A DNA stretch of 64,000 nucleotides from Deltaproteobacteria bacterium (GCA_029933075.1 JAOZOW010000006.1:1080-65079), one strand, 5' to 3'. Shown: positions 10,939-19,875, counted from the first letter of the stretch. The notes: generated by a model from the sequence alone, not told the origin. A program made the numbers and translations.

Positions 10939-12030
10939 ATGAATTTTATACTCGGTATAATCATAGCACTGATAGGGGTCGCGGGGGTTATTCTGATTCC
11001 CTGGATAGGCGTGGGAGCTTTTGACATGCGCATCCTTTTCGGAATCGTCGTGCCCTACGCGGCCATGGCCACTTTCTTCGTCGGGATAATCGTTCGGGTA
11101 ATCGGATGGGCGCGCTCGCCTGTCCCCTTTCGGATCCCCACCACTGCGGGTCAGCAATGGTCTTTCCCCTGGATCAAGCCCAACCGTATCGACAATCCCA
11201 GGAGTACGGGCGGTGTGATTGTAAGGATGCTTTTCGAGGTCCTGACTTTCCGCTCTCTGTTTAGAAACACAAGGCTGGAATATCGGAGCGCAGAGGGGGG
11301 GCCCAAGATCGATTATGAGTGGGAAAAGTGGCTCTGGCTGGCGGCCTTGGCTTTCCACTATTCCTTCCTTGTGATTTTTCTCAGACATTTCAGGTTCTTT
11401 ACCGAGCCCATTCCGGGGTTTGTACATCTGCTTGAAAGCCTCGACGGGTTCCTTCAATTAGGTGTGCTACCCGTGAGCGGGCTGGGCGTTCCCAGCGTTT
11501 ATGTGACCGATATGCTGCTTCTGCTCGCCTTGCTCTATCTGTTTGTAAGGAGGATCTACATCTCCCAGGTCCGATATGTCTCACTTCCCGCAGACTATTT
11601 CCCGTTGCTCCTGATCCTTGCGCTGGGCACCACAGGGGTATTGATGCGCTACTTTATCAGGGTGGACATCACAGCAGTAAAGACCCTGGCCCTGGGTCTG
11701 TTCAAGCTGAGCCCAAAAGCCCCTGAGGGGATAGGGGTTATTTTTTATATACATCTATTTGTCCTGAGCGTTCTGGTCGCATATTTTCCATTCAGCAAAC
11801 TGATGCACTTTATGGGCGTATTTTTGAGCCCGACCAGGAATTTGTCCAATAACAGCCGTATGGTAAGGCACGTAAACCCATGGAATTATCCGGTCAAGGT
11901 CCATACGTATGAGGCCTATGAAGACGAGTTTAGAGAGCATATGATAGAGGCCGGACTGCCGGTGGAAAAAATGCCCGAGAAACCGGCAGAACAAGAGGGA
12001 GAATCATCTGAAGGAGAAGAAAAGGAGTAG
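10939..12030 (+). CDS. dsrM: DsrM, membrane diheme cytochrome b (NarI/HdrE-like)
   Basis: 363-aa polytopic membrane protein. It is first in an M-K-J-O-P gene order with 3-nt to overlapping junctions. Confidence 0.85.
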   Translation: MNFILGIIIALIGVAGVILIPWIGVGAFDMRILFGIVVPYAAMATFFVGIIVRVIGWARSPVPFRIPTTAGQQWSFPWIKPNRIDNPRSTGGVIVRMLFEVLTFRSLFRNTRLEYRSAEGGPKIDYEWEKWLWLAALAFHYSFLVIFLRHFRFFTEPIPGFVHLLESLDGFLQLGVLPVSGLGVPSVYVTDMLLLLALLYLFVRRIYISQVRYVSLPADYFPLLLILALGTTGVLMRYFIRVDITAVKTLALGLFKLSPKAPEGIGVIFYIHLFVLSVLVAYFPFSKLMHFMGVFLSPTRNLSNNSRMVRHVNPWNYPVKVHTYEAYEDEFREHMIEAGLPVEKMPEKPAEQEGESSEGEEKE

Positions 12031-12032
12031 TC

Positions 12033-13661
12033 ATGGCCGAGACCCCCAAACCAGAAGAGATAGCGAGGATTGATCACAAGGCTCCTTTGTGGGAAGGCTG
12101 GATGAACAGGCCTGTGGATATCAGACCGGGCATCTATTGCTATGCAGCCAATCCGAAAAATGTCGAAGCTGTGGGGATGCCGAATGCCCGCCAGTGGAAT
12201 CCCGTTGATGAGGACTGGAAGCTGCCGGAGAACTGGCAGGAGATCTTTATTGAGGGGTTCAAAGACAGGCTGGGCAAGTTCCGCTCCCTGAAGCTGTTCA
12301 TGGATATCTGCGTCCGATGCGGGGCCTGCGCAGACAAATGCCATTTCTTTATCGGCTCGGGCGATCCCAAGAATATGCCTGTAATGCGGGCGGAACTGCT
12401 CAGGTCGGTGTACCGGAAGTATTTTACGACCGGAGGCAGGATTCTCGGTTTGCTGGCCGGTGCAAGAGGGCTCACCGATGAAGTGTTGAAGGACATCTGG
12501 TATTACCTGTATCAGTGCACGGAGTGTCGCCGCTGCTCGGTTTTCTGCCCTTACGGCATCGACACTGCGGAAGTTACGATCCTTGGGCGGGAGTTGACCA
12601 ACCTCCTGGGTCTTAATACCGACTGGATCCAGGCCCCAGTGGCAAACTGTTACCGGACGGGAAACCATCTGGGCATCCAGCCGCATGCCTACAAGGATAT
12701 GATCGACTTCTTTGTGGATGAGATCGAGGAGGTCACCGGGGTCAAGGTGGAGCCAAGCTTCAACAGAAAGGGCGCCGAGATCCTATTTATCACCCCTTCC
12801 GGCGATGTCTTTGCCGACCCTGGGACCTATACGGCCATGGGGTACCTCATCCTGTTCCATTATCTCCAGGACCAGGGCCTCGATATTACCTGGAGCACTT
12901 ATGCGTCCGAGGGCGGAAATTTTGGTTACTTTACCTCCCACGAAATGGCAAAAAGGCTGAATGCCAAGATGTACGCCGAGGCCAAGCGCCTGGGGGTAAA
13001 GTGGATCCTGGGCGGGGAATGCGGCCACATGTGGAGAGTTATAAACCAGTACATGGATACCTTCAACGGCCCGGCAGATTTTCTCGAGGAGCCGGTGTCC
13101 CCCATTACCGGCACGAAATTCGAGAATGCCAAGGGCACCAAGATGGTCCATATCGTGGAGTTCACCGCGGATCTCATCAAGAATAATAAGTTAAAGCTGG
13201 ATCCGAGCCGGAACGACAATTTAGTGGTGACATTCCATGATTCCTGCAATCCGGCCAGAGGGATGGGATTTTTTGAGGAGCCCAGATATATTATTAAAAA
13301 CGTATGCAACAACTTCTATGATATGCCGCCGAGCACCATCAGAGAGCAGACCTTTTGCTGCGGGAGCGGCGCAGGGCTGAATGCAGGGGAGGACATGGAG
13401 TTGAGAATGCGCGGCGGGCTGCCCAGGGCGAATGCTGTGAAATATGTCCACGAAAAGTACGGGGTGAACATGCTCGCATGCATTTGCGCCATTGATCGGG
13501 CCGTGTTGCCGAATTTAATGGAATACTGGGTCCCTGAGGTGGATGTCACCGGCGTTCACGAGATGGTCGGCAATGCCTTGATTCTGGACGGAGAGAAGGA
13601 GAGAACCACCAACCTGAGGGGTGAACCTCTGCCGGGAATGGAGGAGGAAGAGGATGTATGA
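12033..13661 (+). CDS. dsrK: DsrK, HdrD-like catalytic Fe-S subunit
   Basis: CVRCGACADKCHFF and CTECRRCSVFCPYG ferredoxin motifs, plus the CCG-domain signature FCCGSGAG. Confidence 0.9.
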   Translation: MAETPKPEEIARIDHKAPLWEGWMNRPVDIRPGIYCYAANPKNVEAVGMPNARQWNPVDEDWKLPENWQEIFIEGFKDRLGKFRSLKLFMDICVRCGACADKCHFFIGSGDPKNMPVMRAELLRSVYRKYFTTGGRILGLLAGARGLTDEVLKDIWYYLYQCTECRRCSVFCPYGIDTAEVTILGRELTNLLGLNTDWIQAPVANCYRTGNHLGIQPHAYKDMIDFFVDEIEEVTGVKVEPSFNRKGAEILFITPSGDVFADPGTYTAMGYLILFHYLQDQGLDITWSTYASEGGNFGYFTSHEMAKRLNAKMYAEAKRLGVKWILGGECGHMWRVINQYMDTFNGPADFLEEPVSPITGTKFENAKGTKMVHIVEFTADLIKNNKLKLDPSRNDNLVVTFHDSCNPARGMGFFEEPRYIIKNVCNNFYDMPPSTIREQTFCCGSGAGLNAGEDMELRMRGGLPRANAVKYVHEKYGVNMLACICAIDRAVLPNLMEYWVPEVDVTGVHEMVGNALILDGEKERTTNLRGEPLPGMEEEEDV

Positions 13662-14121
13662 CGGATGGAAGATCATCGTCGGGCTGATTGTCTGTTTGGC
13701 GTTTTTTACGTTCCCGTTTTTCTACGACGCAGGGAAGGCCGCCAAGGCGCCTGAGCCTGTGCTGACACCCAAGGCGAAAGAAGCAAAGGAGTGTGTGGCC
13801 CCCGGCGCCTATATGAAAAGGTATCATATGCAATTGCTGGAAGATTGGCGGAATACCGCGGTGCGGGGGGGCGAGCGGTATTATGATACGGGAAATCCTA
13901 CTTGGCACCTCCGGGTGATGGACAAGATTGCGGATGCGACCGCCTCTGCCGGCGAGAGGTTGTACAAGAGCGTAGAGAGGAAGGTCTATTATAAGAGCCT
14001 TCAGGTAACCTGTATGGATTGCCATTCCAACAAGAGCAAGTTCTGTGACCAGTGTCACAACTATATGGGGATAGCGCCCTATTGCTGGGAGTGCCATATC
14101 GAGCCAGAGGAGAAGAAGTGA
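13654..14121 (+). CDS. dsrJ: DsrJ, periplasmic triheme cytochrome c
   Basis: Three CxxCH motifs (CMDCH, CDQCH, CWECH), an N-terminal anchor helix and a conserved upstream Cys (KECVAP). ATG 13654 overlaps the dsrK stop. Confidence 0.9.
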   Translation: MYDGWKIIVGLIVCLAFFTFPFFYDAGKAAKAPEPVLTPKAKEAKECVAPGAYMKRYHMQLLEDWRNTAVRGGERYYDTGNPTWHLRVMDKIADATASAGERLYKSVERKVYYKSLQVTCMDCHSNKSKFCDQCHNYMGIAPYCWECHIEPEEKK

Positions 14122-14936
14122 TGGGCATAGACAGAAGAGAATTCCTGAAAGTAGCCGGACTTTCCGCACTTTTCGGCCTGGGCGGGAGAGCGGCTATGGA
14201 TATCCTTGCCCCGGGCGAGCTGGAAGCTTCCGCAGAGATCCCTCCTTTGAAGAAAGGGAAACAATGGGCCATGGTGGTTGATGCACTTAAGATGGACGAG
14301 GCCGTTATGGACAAATGCATAGAGGCCTGCCATCATGAGCACAATGTCCCTGACCTTGGGACTCCCAAGGAGGAGATCAAGTGGATCTGGAAGGAGGATT
14401 ACGAACATACGTTTCCGGATCAGGAAAACCCTTATATAGCTGAAGAATTCGAGCACAAGACATTTCTCCTGATGTGCAATCACTGCACACACCCCCCCTG
14501 TGTACGGGTATGTCCGACCAAGGCCACGTGGCAGAGGGAAGACGGGATCGTCATGATGGACCAGCACCGCTGCATAGGGTGTAGGTTCTGCATGGCCGCA
14601 TGCCCCTTTGGCGCCCGTAGCTTCAACTGGGGGGATCCGCGGCGCGTACTCAGGGTGGCAGAGTTGAAGGAATTGAACCGCGGCTTCCCATGGAATCACA
14701 ACTATCCCACGAGGTCCAAAGGGGTGGTCGAAAAATGCACCTTCTGTCCCGAGAGACTGGCCAAGGGCATGCTCCCAGCATGTGTTGAGGCGGCCAATAA
14801 GGTCAAAAAGGGCTCCATGATCTTTGGGGACCTTGCGGACCCCGAATCGGAAGTCAGAGAGGTTCTCAGAAAACGTTATTCGATTCGGCGGAAACCTGAA
14901 TTGGGGACGGAACCAAAACTATTTTTTGCAATATGA
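14121..14936 (+). CDS. dsrO: DsrO, periplasmic 4Fe-4S ferredoxin-like subunit with Tat signal
   Basis: MGIDRREFLKVAG twin-arginine signal and several CxxCxxCxxxCP-type motifs. TGATG overlap with dsrJ. Confidence 0.9.
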   Translation: MGIDRREFLKVAGLSALFGLGGRAAMDILAPGELEASAEIPPLKKGKQWAMVVDALKMDEAVMDKCIEACHHEHNVPDLGTPKEEIKWIWKEDYEHTFPDQENPYIAEEFEHKTFLLMCNHCTHPPCVRVCPTKATWQREDGIVMMDQHRCIGCRFCMAACPFGARSFNWGDPRRVLRVAELKELNRGFPWNHNYPTRSKGVVEKCTFCPERLAKGMLPACVEAANKVKKGSMIFGDLADPESEVREVLRKRYSIRRKPELGTEPKLFFAI

Positions 14937-14943
14937 GGTAGCT

Positions 14944-16101
14944 ATGCTTGAAACGGCGTTGAAGGGAAGACAGGGATACTGGGGCTGGCTGATATTTCTG
15001 CTCTTCATGATGGGCCTGGGGTTTGGTTGCTATATTTACCAGTTTCATGAAGGGTTGAGAATTACAGGGATGAGCAGGGATGTTTCCTGGGGTTTTTATA
15101 TTGCCCAGTTTACCTATCTCGTTGGGGTCGCGGCCTCCGGCGTGATGGTTGTATTGCCCTACTATCTCCATGATTACAAGGCGTTTGGCCGGATTACTGT
15201 CCTGGGTGAGTTTCTGGCTATTGCCGCGGTCACCATGTGCCTGCTTTTTATCTTTGTGGACCTCGGGTACCCGCTCAGGATAATGAACGTAATCATGTAT
15301 CCAACGCCCAATTCAATCCTGTTTTGGGACATGATAGTCCTGAATGGATACCTGCTTCTCAATATTTTCGTTGGCTGGAATGTGCTGAGTGCGGAGCGGA
15401 AAGGGATCATGTACCCCAAATGGGTCAAGGTCCTGGCATATATTTCCATCCCCTGGGCGTTCAGCATTCATACTGTCACAGCGTTCCTGTACGCGGGCTT
15501 GCCGGGAAGGCATTACTGGCTGACAGCCATTATGGCTGCCCGGTTTCTTTCCTCGGCATTTTGTTCCGGGCCTGCCTTGTTGATCCTGGTATGCCTGATC
15601 GTGAGAAGGGTGAGCAACTTCGACCCGGGAAAGGAACAGATAAGGACCCTGGGCGGCATAGTTGCCTATGCCATGATCCTTAACGTGTTCTTTTTCCTAC
15701 TGGAGCTTTTTACCTCTTTCTACAGCCAGATACCCGGGCACATGCATACATTTGAATTTCTGTTCCGGGGTCTCGAAGGACACGGGAGATTGGTGCCATG
15801 GATGTGGACGGCTGCAGCCTTTGCCCTGATTTCCCTGGTGCTGCTCATAGTACCGGCTACCCGGAGAAATGAAGATACCCTGGCAGTGGCGTGCGTGTCG
15901 GTCATTGTTGCCACATGGATTGACAAGGGACTGGGGCTGATCATAGGCGGTTTTACCCCCAATCCTTTTGAAAGAGTCACCGATTACTGGCCCACCACGC
16001 CTGAGGTCCTTATCACCCTGGGCGTCTATGCCACGGGATTTTTCGTGATGACGGTCCTCTACAAAATCGCAGTATCCATAAAAGAAGAGGTGGGTGCGTA
16101 G
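14944..16101 (+). CDS. dsrP: DsrP, NrfD/PsrC-family integral membrane quinone-interacting subunit
   Basis: 385-aa polytopic protein starting MLETALKGRQGYWGWLIFLLF. It holds the last position of the dsr membrane-complex operon. Confidence 0.88.
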   Translation: MLETALKGRQGYWGWLIFLLFMMGLGFGCYIYQFHEGLRITGMSRDVSWGFYIAQFTYLVGVAASGVMVVLPYYLHDYKAFGRITVLGEFLAIAAVTMCLLFIFVDLGYPLRIMNVIMYPTPNSILFWDMIVLNGYLLLNIFVGWNVLSAERKGIMYPKWVKVLAYISIPWAFSIHTVTAFLYAGLPGRHYWLTAIMAARFLSSAFCSGPALLILVCLIVRRVSNFDPGKEQIRTLGGIVAYAMILNVFFFLLELFTSFYSQIPGHMHTFEFLFRGLEGHGRLVPWMWTAAAFALISLVLLIVPATRRNEDTLAVACVSVIVATWIDKGLGLIIGGFTPNPFERVTDYWPTTPEVLITLGVYATGFFVMTVLYKIAVSIKEEVGA

Positions 16102-16353
16102 GGGCCGCCGGAACCAGTATTTTACCGGGAGTACTTAGGGGCCGATCCCTGTAGTTAAGGATTGGCCTCTTTGATTTGACAACACCCGTGCTCGTCCGAA
16201 CCAAGCATTTCCTTTGAATAACGAGCACTCCTGCAGGCGCCGTAGGAAATGAATCGCGGCCCTCACACTTTCGAGAATTTTTGCCCCCTACAGGGGAGTT
16301 AGGGCCTGGGAGGAGGGGTATTTTGGACCTATAAAGGAGCGCCCACAAAAGAC

Positions 16354-16382
16354 TTGACACGGTTATTTGACTCTGTTAAATA
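16354..16382 (+). promoter_or_regulatory. Candidate sigma70-type promoter for the ferredoxin gene
   Basis: TTGACA (16354-16359), 17 nt, TAAATA (16377-16382), about 110 nt upstream of ATG 16491. Confidence 0.35.
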
Positions 16383-16490
16383 ACCGCCAACTCTCTTTCC
16401 GGACAAGGTAGAATATGCCTTAACAAGCTTGGGAGGCCTGCCTTTTTTGTTTCCGCATAACAAATTTCATAATTGAGGAGGAGAAAGAAC

Positions 16491-16679
16491 ATGGGTTACG
16501 AAGTGACGGTTGACGAAGATAAGTGTGAAGGCTGCGAAGAGTGTGTTGAAGTCTGTCCTGTGGATGTCTATGAGATCCAGGATGGAAAATCGGTGCCTGT
16601 GAATGCAGAGGAATGCCTCGGATGCGAAAGCTGTGTGGAGGTCTGCGACCAGGAGGCTATCACGGTCACTGAAGTTTAA
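16491..16679 (+). CDS. 2x[4Fe-4S] ferredoxin (62 aa)
   Basis: CEGCEECVEVCP and CLGCESCVEVC motifs, with an AGGAGGAG RBS 6 nt upstream. Confidence 0.85.
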   Translation: MGYEVTVDEDKCEGCEECVEVCPVDVYEIQDGKSVPVNAEECLGCESCVEVCDQEAITVTEV

Positions 16680-16705
16680 TTGCTTGCTTCAAAAGCCCCT
16701 AACAT

Positions 16706-16743
16706 GGGTGTCGTTCCTGTAACATGGGCGACGCCCTTTTTTT
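16706..16743 (+). terminator. Intrinsic terminator after the ferredoxin gene
   Basis: GGGTGTCG pairs with CGACGCCC (one G-U pair) and is followed by TTTTTTT (16737-16743). Confidence 0.6.
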
Positions 16744-16770
16744 GTCCCCGTGCCCCTGTACGGTGAAAAT

Positions 16771-16802
16771 AAGAAGCCGCTCTTTCAAAAGAGCGGCTTC
16801 TT
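16771..16802. terminator. Perfect 12-bp hairpin between convergent genes; likely terminator of the cytochrome c3 transcript
   Basis: AAGAAGCCGCTC (16771-16782) pairs with GAGCGGCTTCTT (16791-16802). On the minus strand it is followed by ATTTTC. Confidence 0.55.
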
Positions 16803-16843
16803 ATCCTTCATAAAGTCATAAAGTTATCTATCAAAAAGTACGC

Positions 16844-17260
16844 CTACGACTTTTTCTGGTGACACTGATTGCACTTTTTGAAAGGCCCGGTTTTCTTTCC
16901 CGCCTTTCCAAGTGCCTTGTGGCAGTTCTTGCAATTCCTGTGGTAGGCGTTTTGCAGCTTCATCACCTTGCCCTCTTTTTTCTTGGGGTTGTGGCATGAA
17001 CTGCACTTCTTGACCGGATCGCCTTCCTTCCATACGTTCTTTCCGCCTTCATAATGATGATGGCAGTCAGTACAGGCGAGTTTGTATTCTTCATGGTGCT
17101 TCTTATGGCTGAACTTGACAGGTCCCTTTTTATCCTTCTTGTACCCCTCATTCTGTATCATGATTTCATTGGGCACATCAGCGGCAGTCAAAACACCCAC
17201 ACTCACAAAAACCAAACCAACAAAAAGGGCCAGTAACAGGGTCGCGAATTTTTTGTTCAT
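16844..17260 (-). CDS. Periplasmic tetraheme cytochrome c3
   Basis: Signal peptide MNKKFATLLLALFVGLVFVSVGVLTA, four CxxCH motifs (CTDCH, CSSCH, CKNCH, CNQCH) and Lys-rich composition; 138 aa. Confidence 0.9.
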   Translation of the reverse strand: MNKKFATLLLALFVGLVFVSVGVLTAADVPNEIMIQNEGYKKDKKGPVKFSHKKHHEEYKLACTDCHHHYEGGKNVWKEGDPVKKCSSCHNPKKKEGKVMKLQNAYHRNCKNCHKALGKAGKKTGPFKKCNQCHQKKS

Positions 17261-17349
17261 GGAATGTACAACCTCCTTTCTATAGGCAACCTCACTTCAA
17301 CTTGATCCCTTAGTAAAAACCACACCTTATTTTCCAATGCTTTTTGAGA

Positions 17350-17379
17350 AATATAGTAAAACAGGGTCGCAAATGTCAA
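17350..17379 (-). promoter_or_regulatory. Candidate promoter for the cytochrome c3 gene
   Basis: On the minus strand: TTGACA (17379-17374), 18 nt, TATATT (17355-17350). Confidence 0.4.
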
Positions 17380-17393
17380 GAAAATATCGCATT

Positions 17394-17630
17394 TCATTCG
17401 CTCTCCGCTTCCGCCAGCTCAGATGCCATCTCGCGTAAGGTTTCCAGAGAGGCGAGTGCTTGCTCTTCATCTATCTTTTGAATGGCGAAACCCGCGTGTA
17501 CTACCACATAGTCGCCCACCTTGGCATCTTCCTGCAAAAGGAGACTCACTTCCTTCTGCGTTCCCTCCATATCGATGATCCCCATGCCGTGTTCAATTTT
17601 GATGATCTTGGCAGGTATCCCTAAGCACAT
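17394..17630 (-). CDS. hypC: Hydrogenase maturation chaperone HypC/HupF family
   Basis: Canonical MCLGIPAKII N-terminus at ATG 17630; 78 aa. Overlaps the protease gene by 38 nt. Confidence 0.85.
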   Translation of the reverse strand: MCLGIPAKIIKIEHGMGIIDMEGTQKEVSLLLQEDAKVGDYVVVHAGFAIQKIDEEQALASLETLREMASELAEAESE

Positions 17631-18135
17631 GGTTTTCCGCTCCTTTGAGACGGTACCTGACGTCAAGGCGCTCAAGTTCTTTCAGGACGAGGGCAATGAT
17701 ATCCTCCATCCTTTGTTTTATAGGTAATGTAAGTTCAAGCCCGACGGTTTCGATGTCTTTGGGTTCTACACCCAATATAACAGTTTCCGGCACCTTATCA
17801 AGGGCCTGGCACAGGGTGAGGGCCTCAAGGAGATCCACCTGGTGCAAGGAGTTCTTTGCCAGGATGCGTTTGGGTATGGCTTCTCCTTCGATGCGGTAAA
17901 GGTCTCCCGGTTTGCCCTTGTTTCTAATGGCGTCCACAACAATGAGGTGATCCGCCTCGGAGATGGTCCCCAAGAGATTCAGGCCAAGGACTCCCCCGTC
18001 TTCAAGGGACACATTCTCAGGAAACTCGTATCTGGCCTTCAACTCTTCAATGACACGCACACCGAAGCCCTCATCGGTGAACAGGATATTGCCGACACCC
18101 AGCACGGTGATCCTTGCTTGGTCGTTAATTTCCAT
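17593..18135 (-). CDS. NiFe hydrogenase large-subunit C-terminal maturation endopeptidase (HybD/HynC family)
   Basis: ITVLGVGNILFTDEGFGVRV motif with later HQVD and GVEP motifs. Start chosen at MEINDQ (18135). Confidence 0.85.
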   Translation of the reverse strand: MEINDQARITVLGVGNILFTDEGFGVRVIEELKARYEFPENVSLEDGGVLGLNLLGTISEADHLIVVDAIRNKGKPGDLYRIEGEAIPKRILAKNSLHQVDLLEALTLCQALDKVPETVILGVEPKDIETVGLELTLPIKQRMEDIIALVLKELERLDVRYRLKGAENHVLRDTCQDHQN

Positions 18136-18177
18136 AATATTCCTTAAACCAGTAAAGAAGAACAGGGGCATCCAATC

Positions 18178-18221
18178 AAAAAAAACCCTTCAGTCCCTCT
18201 TCAAAGAGGAACTGAAGGGTT
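18178..18221 (-). terminator. Strong intrinsic terminator or attenuator directly after the hydrogenase large-subunit gene
   Basis: On the minus strand AACCCTTCAGT pairs with ACTGAAGGGTT (11 bp; 18221-18211 with 18194-18184) and runs into a T8 tract (18185-18178) whose first two T are the stem's own 3' end. Confidence 0.7.
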
Positions 18222-18234
18222 TAGCGGAAACCTC

Positions 18235-19875
18235 CTATACGGCCTTTACTTTATAGACCTGGTTGGAATCAGGATCTATTACATGCACTCCACAGGCAAT
18301 ACAGGGATCGAAGGAATGGACCGTTCGCAGGATCTCCACAGGACGCTTCGGATCTGCCACAGGTGTTCCGATCAAGGATTCTTCTACCGGTCCCAGCTTC
18401 CCTTCGGCATCTCTGGGACACAGATTCCAAGTGGAAGGCACCACGTACTGGTAGTTGGCAATCTTCTTGTTTTCGATCCGAATCCAGTGACCCAGTGATC
18501 CCCTGGCCACGTCATTGAGCCCTACACCCATTCCGCTCTTTGGCATGGTCCAAGGCGTATAGGTTGCTGTGTTGCCCTTTTTCAGGTTACCCACCAGTTC
18601 CATGACCCAGCCTTCCATGGCATTGCCGATCGCCACCGTCTCTATACAACGGGCTGCGGTCCTGCCCAATGTAGAGAAAAGGGCGGTCACGGGGATGCTC
18701 AGTTTGGTTGCCACGGTATTCACGAGGTCCTTGATCTCCTTCTTGCCCCATGCATAGGCCACAAGCACCCTGGCAAGAGGGCCTACCTCACAGGGCGCAC
18801 CTTCGTAGCGCGGTGCCTTGAGCCAGGAGTATTTGCCGTTAGTATCGTAATCCCCGTGTTGCGGCTTGGTTTCCCCATTGAAGGGATGTCTGTCTGTCTT
18901 GCCTTCATACCAGGAATGGGCTACATGTTCCGTGACCGCTTCATGGTTCGCCATCTTGACCCCCTTGAGGTCGCGGTTCAGGATCACACCCCTCGGCATG
19001 AATAGGCTTTCCGGTTCCTTTTCCGATTCGGGAAGATCTCCCCAGGCAAGGAAGTTGGTCGTCCCGCCGATTGCCCCCCAGTCCTTGTAAAAGGAGGCCA
19101 CCGCCAGGATATCCGGCAGGTAGACATTCTTGACAAAATCCTGGGTCTCTTTCCAGAGGTAGAGAAATTCCGCAATGCGATCCGGCGTCAGATCTTTTAC
19201 GCAGGTGACACCGCCTACCACAAAGCTCTGTAGGTGCGGATTCTTGCCGCCGAATATTGCGTGCATCCTTGCCGCTTTGGCCTGGAGGCGCAGGGCCTCG
19301 ATGTAATGGGCCGTTGCCATGAGGTTGGCCTCAGGCGGCAGTTTATATGCAGGGTGGCCCCAGTACGCGTTGTTGAAGGGACCGAGCTGGCCGCTGTCAA
19401 CAAAGGTTTTGAGGCGCTGCTGGACGTTTTTGAAATAGACAGCCCCGCCCCAGGGCGCATTGCTCACATTGTCCGCCAATGCAGCCGTCTTTTTGGGATC
19501 GGCCTTTAGGGCGCTTACCACATCCACCCAGTCCAGGGCGTGTAGGTGGTAGAAGTGGACAATATGGTCGTGCTGGAATTGGGCTCCATGCATCAGGTTC
19601 CTGATTATACGGGCGTTGTCAGGAATCTTTACCCCTACCGCGTCTTCGACTGCCCTCACCGAGGACAGGTAATGAACCATCGTTCAGACGCCTCATGTGC
19701 GCTGGGTGAAAAGCGGTGCGTCCCGGGGGTCACGCCCTTTCAAGATGAGCTCGATGCCCCGGAACATCTGTCCCGAGCTCCAGGCATTCACCACTTTGCC
19801 TCCGGACACCTCCACCTCAATTCTCAGGTGTCCTTCTATCCTTGTAATTGGGTCTATCATTATTTTCTTCGCCAT
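18235..19875 (-). CDS. Periplasmic [NiFe] hydrogenase large subunit with two in-frame UGA (putative Sec) codons in the N-terminal Ni-binding motif
   Basis: ORFs 19693..19875 and 18235..19680 are in the same frame. Read-through gives ...RDPRDAPLFTQRT-TGA(19695-19693)-GV-TGA(19686-19684)-TMVHYLSSVRAVEDAVGVKIPDNARIIRNLM, which matches R-x-C-G-x-C-x-x-x-H. C-terminus is HSFDPCIACGVH plus a 15-aa cleavable extension. Total 546 codons. Confidence 0.85.
19650..19668 (-). promoter_or_regulatory. Candidate SECIS hairpin serving the hydrogenase UGA codons
   Basis: mRNA CUGUCCU-CGGUG-AGGGCAG: 7-bp stem with one G-U pair and a GGU-containing loop. It starts 15 nt after the second UGA and 24 nt after the first. 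Confidence 0.45.

Noticed and set aside
11916-12686. 256-aa minus-strand ORF
   Set aside because: It is antisense to the dsrM/dsrK junction; the dsr genes have definitive motifs.
19684-19695. Reading the hydrogenase large subunit as a pseudogene or as two separate genes (60 aa plus 481 aa)
   Set aside because: Both stops are TGA, both fall exactly on the two invariant Cys codons of RxCGxC, and the frame is unchanged. A SECIS-like hairpin follows, and three neighbouring genes use UGA-Sec. A decaying gene would not be expected to show this pattern. Experimental confirmation is still needed.
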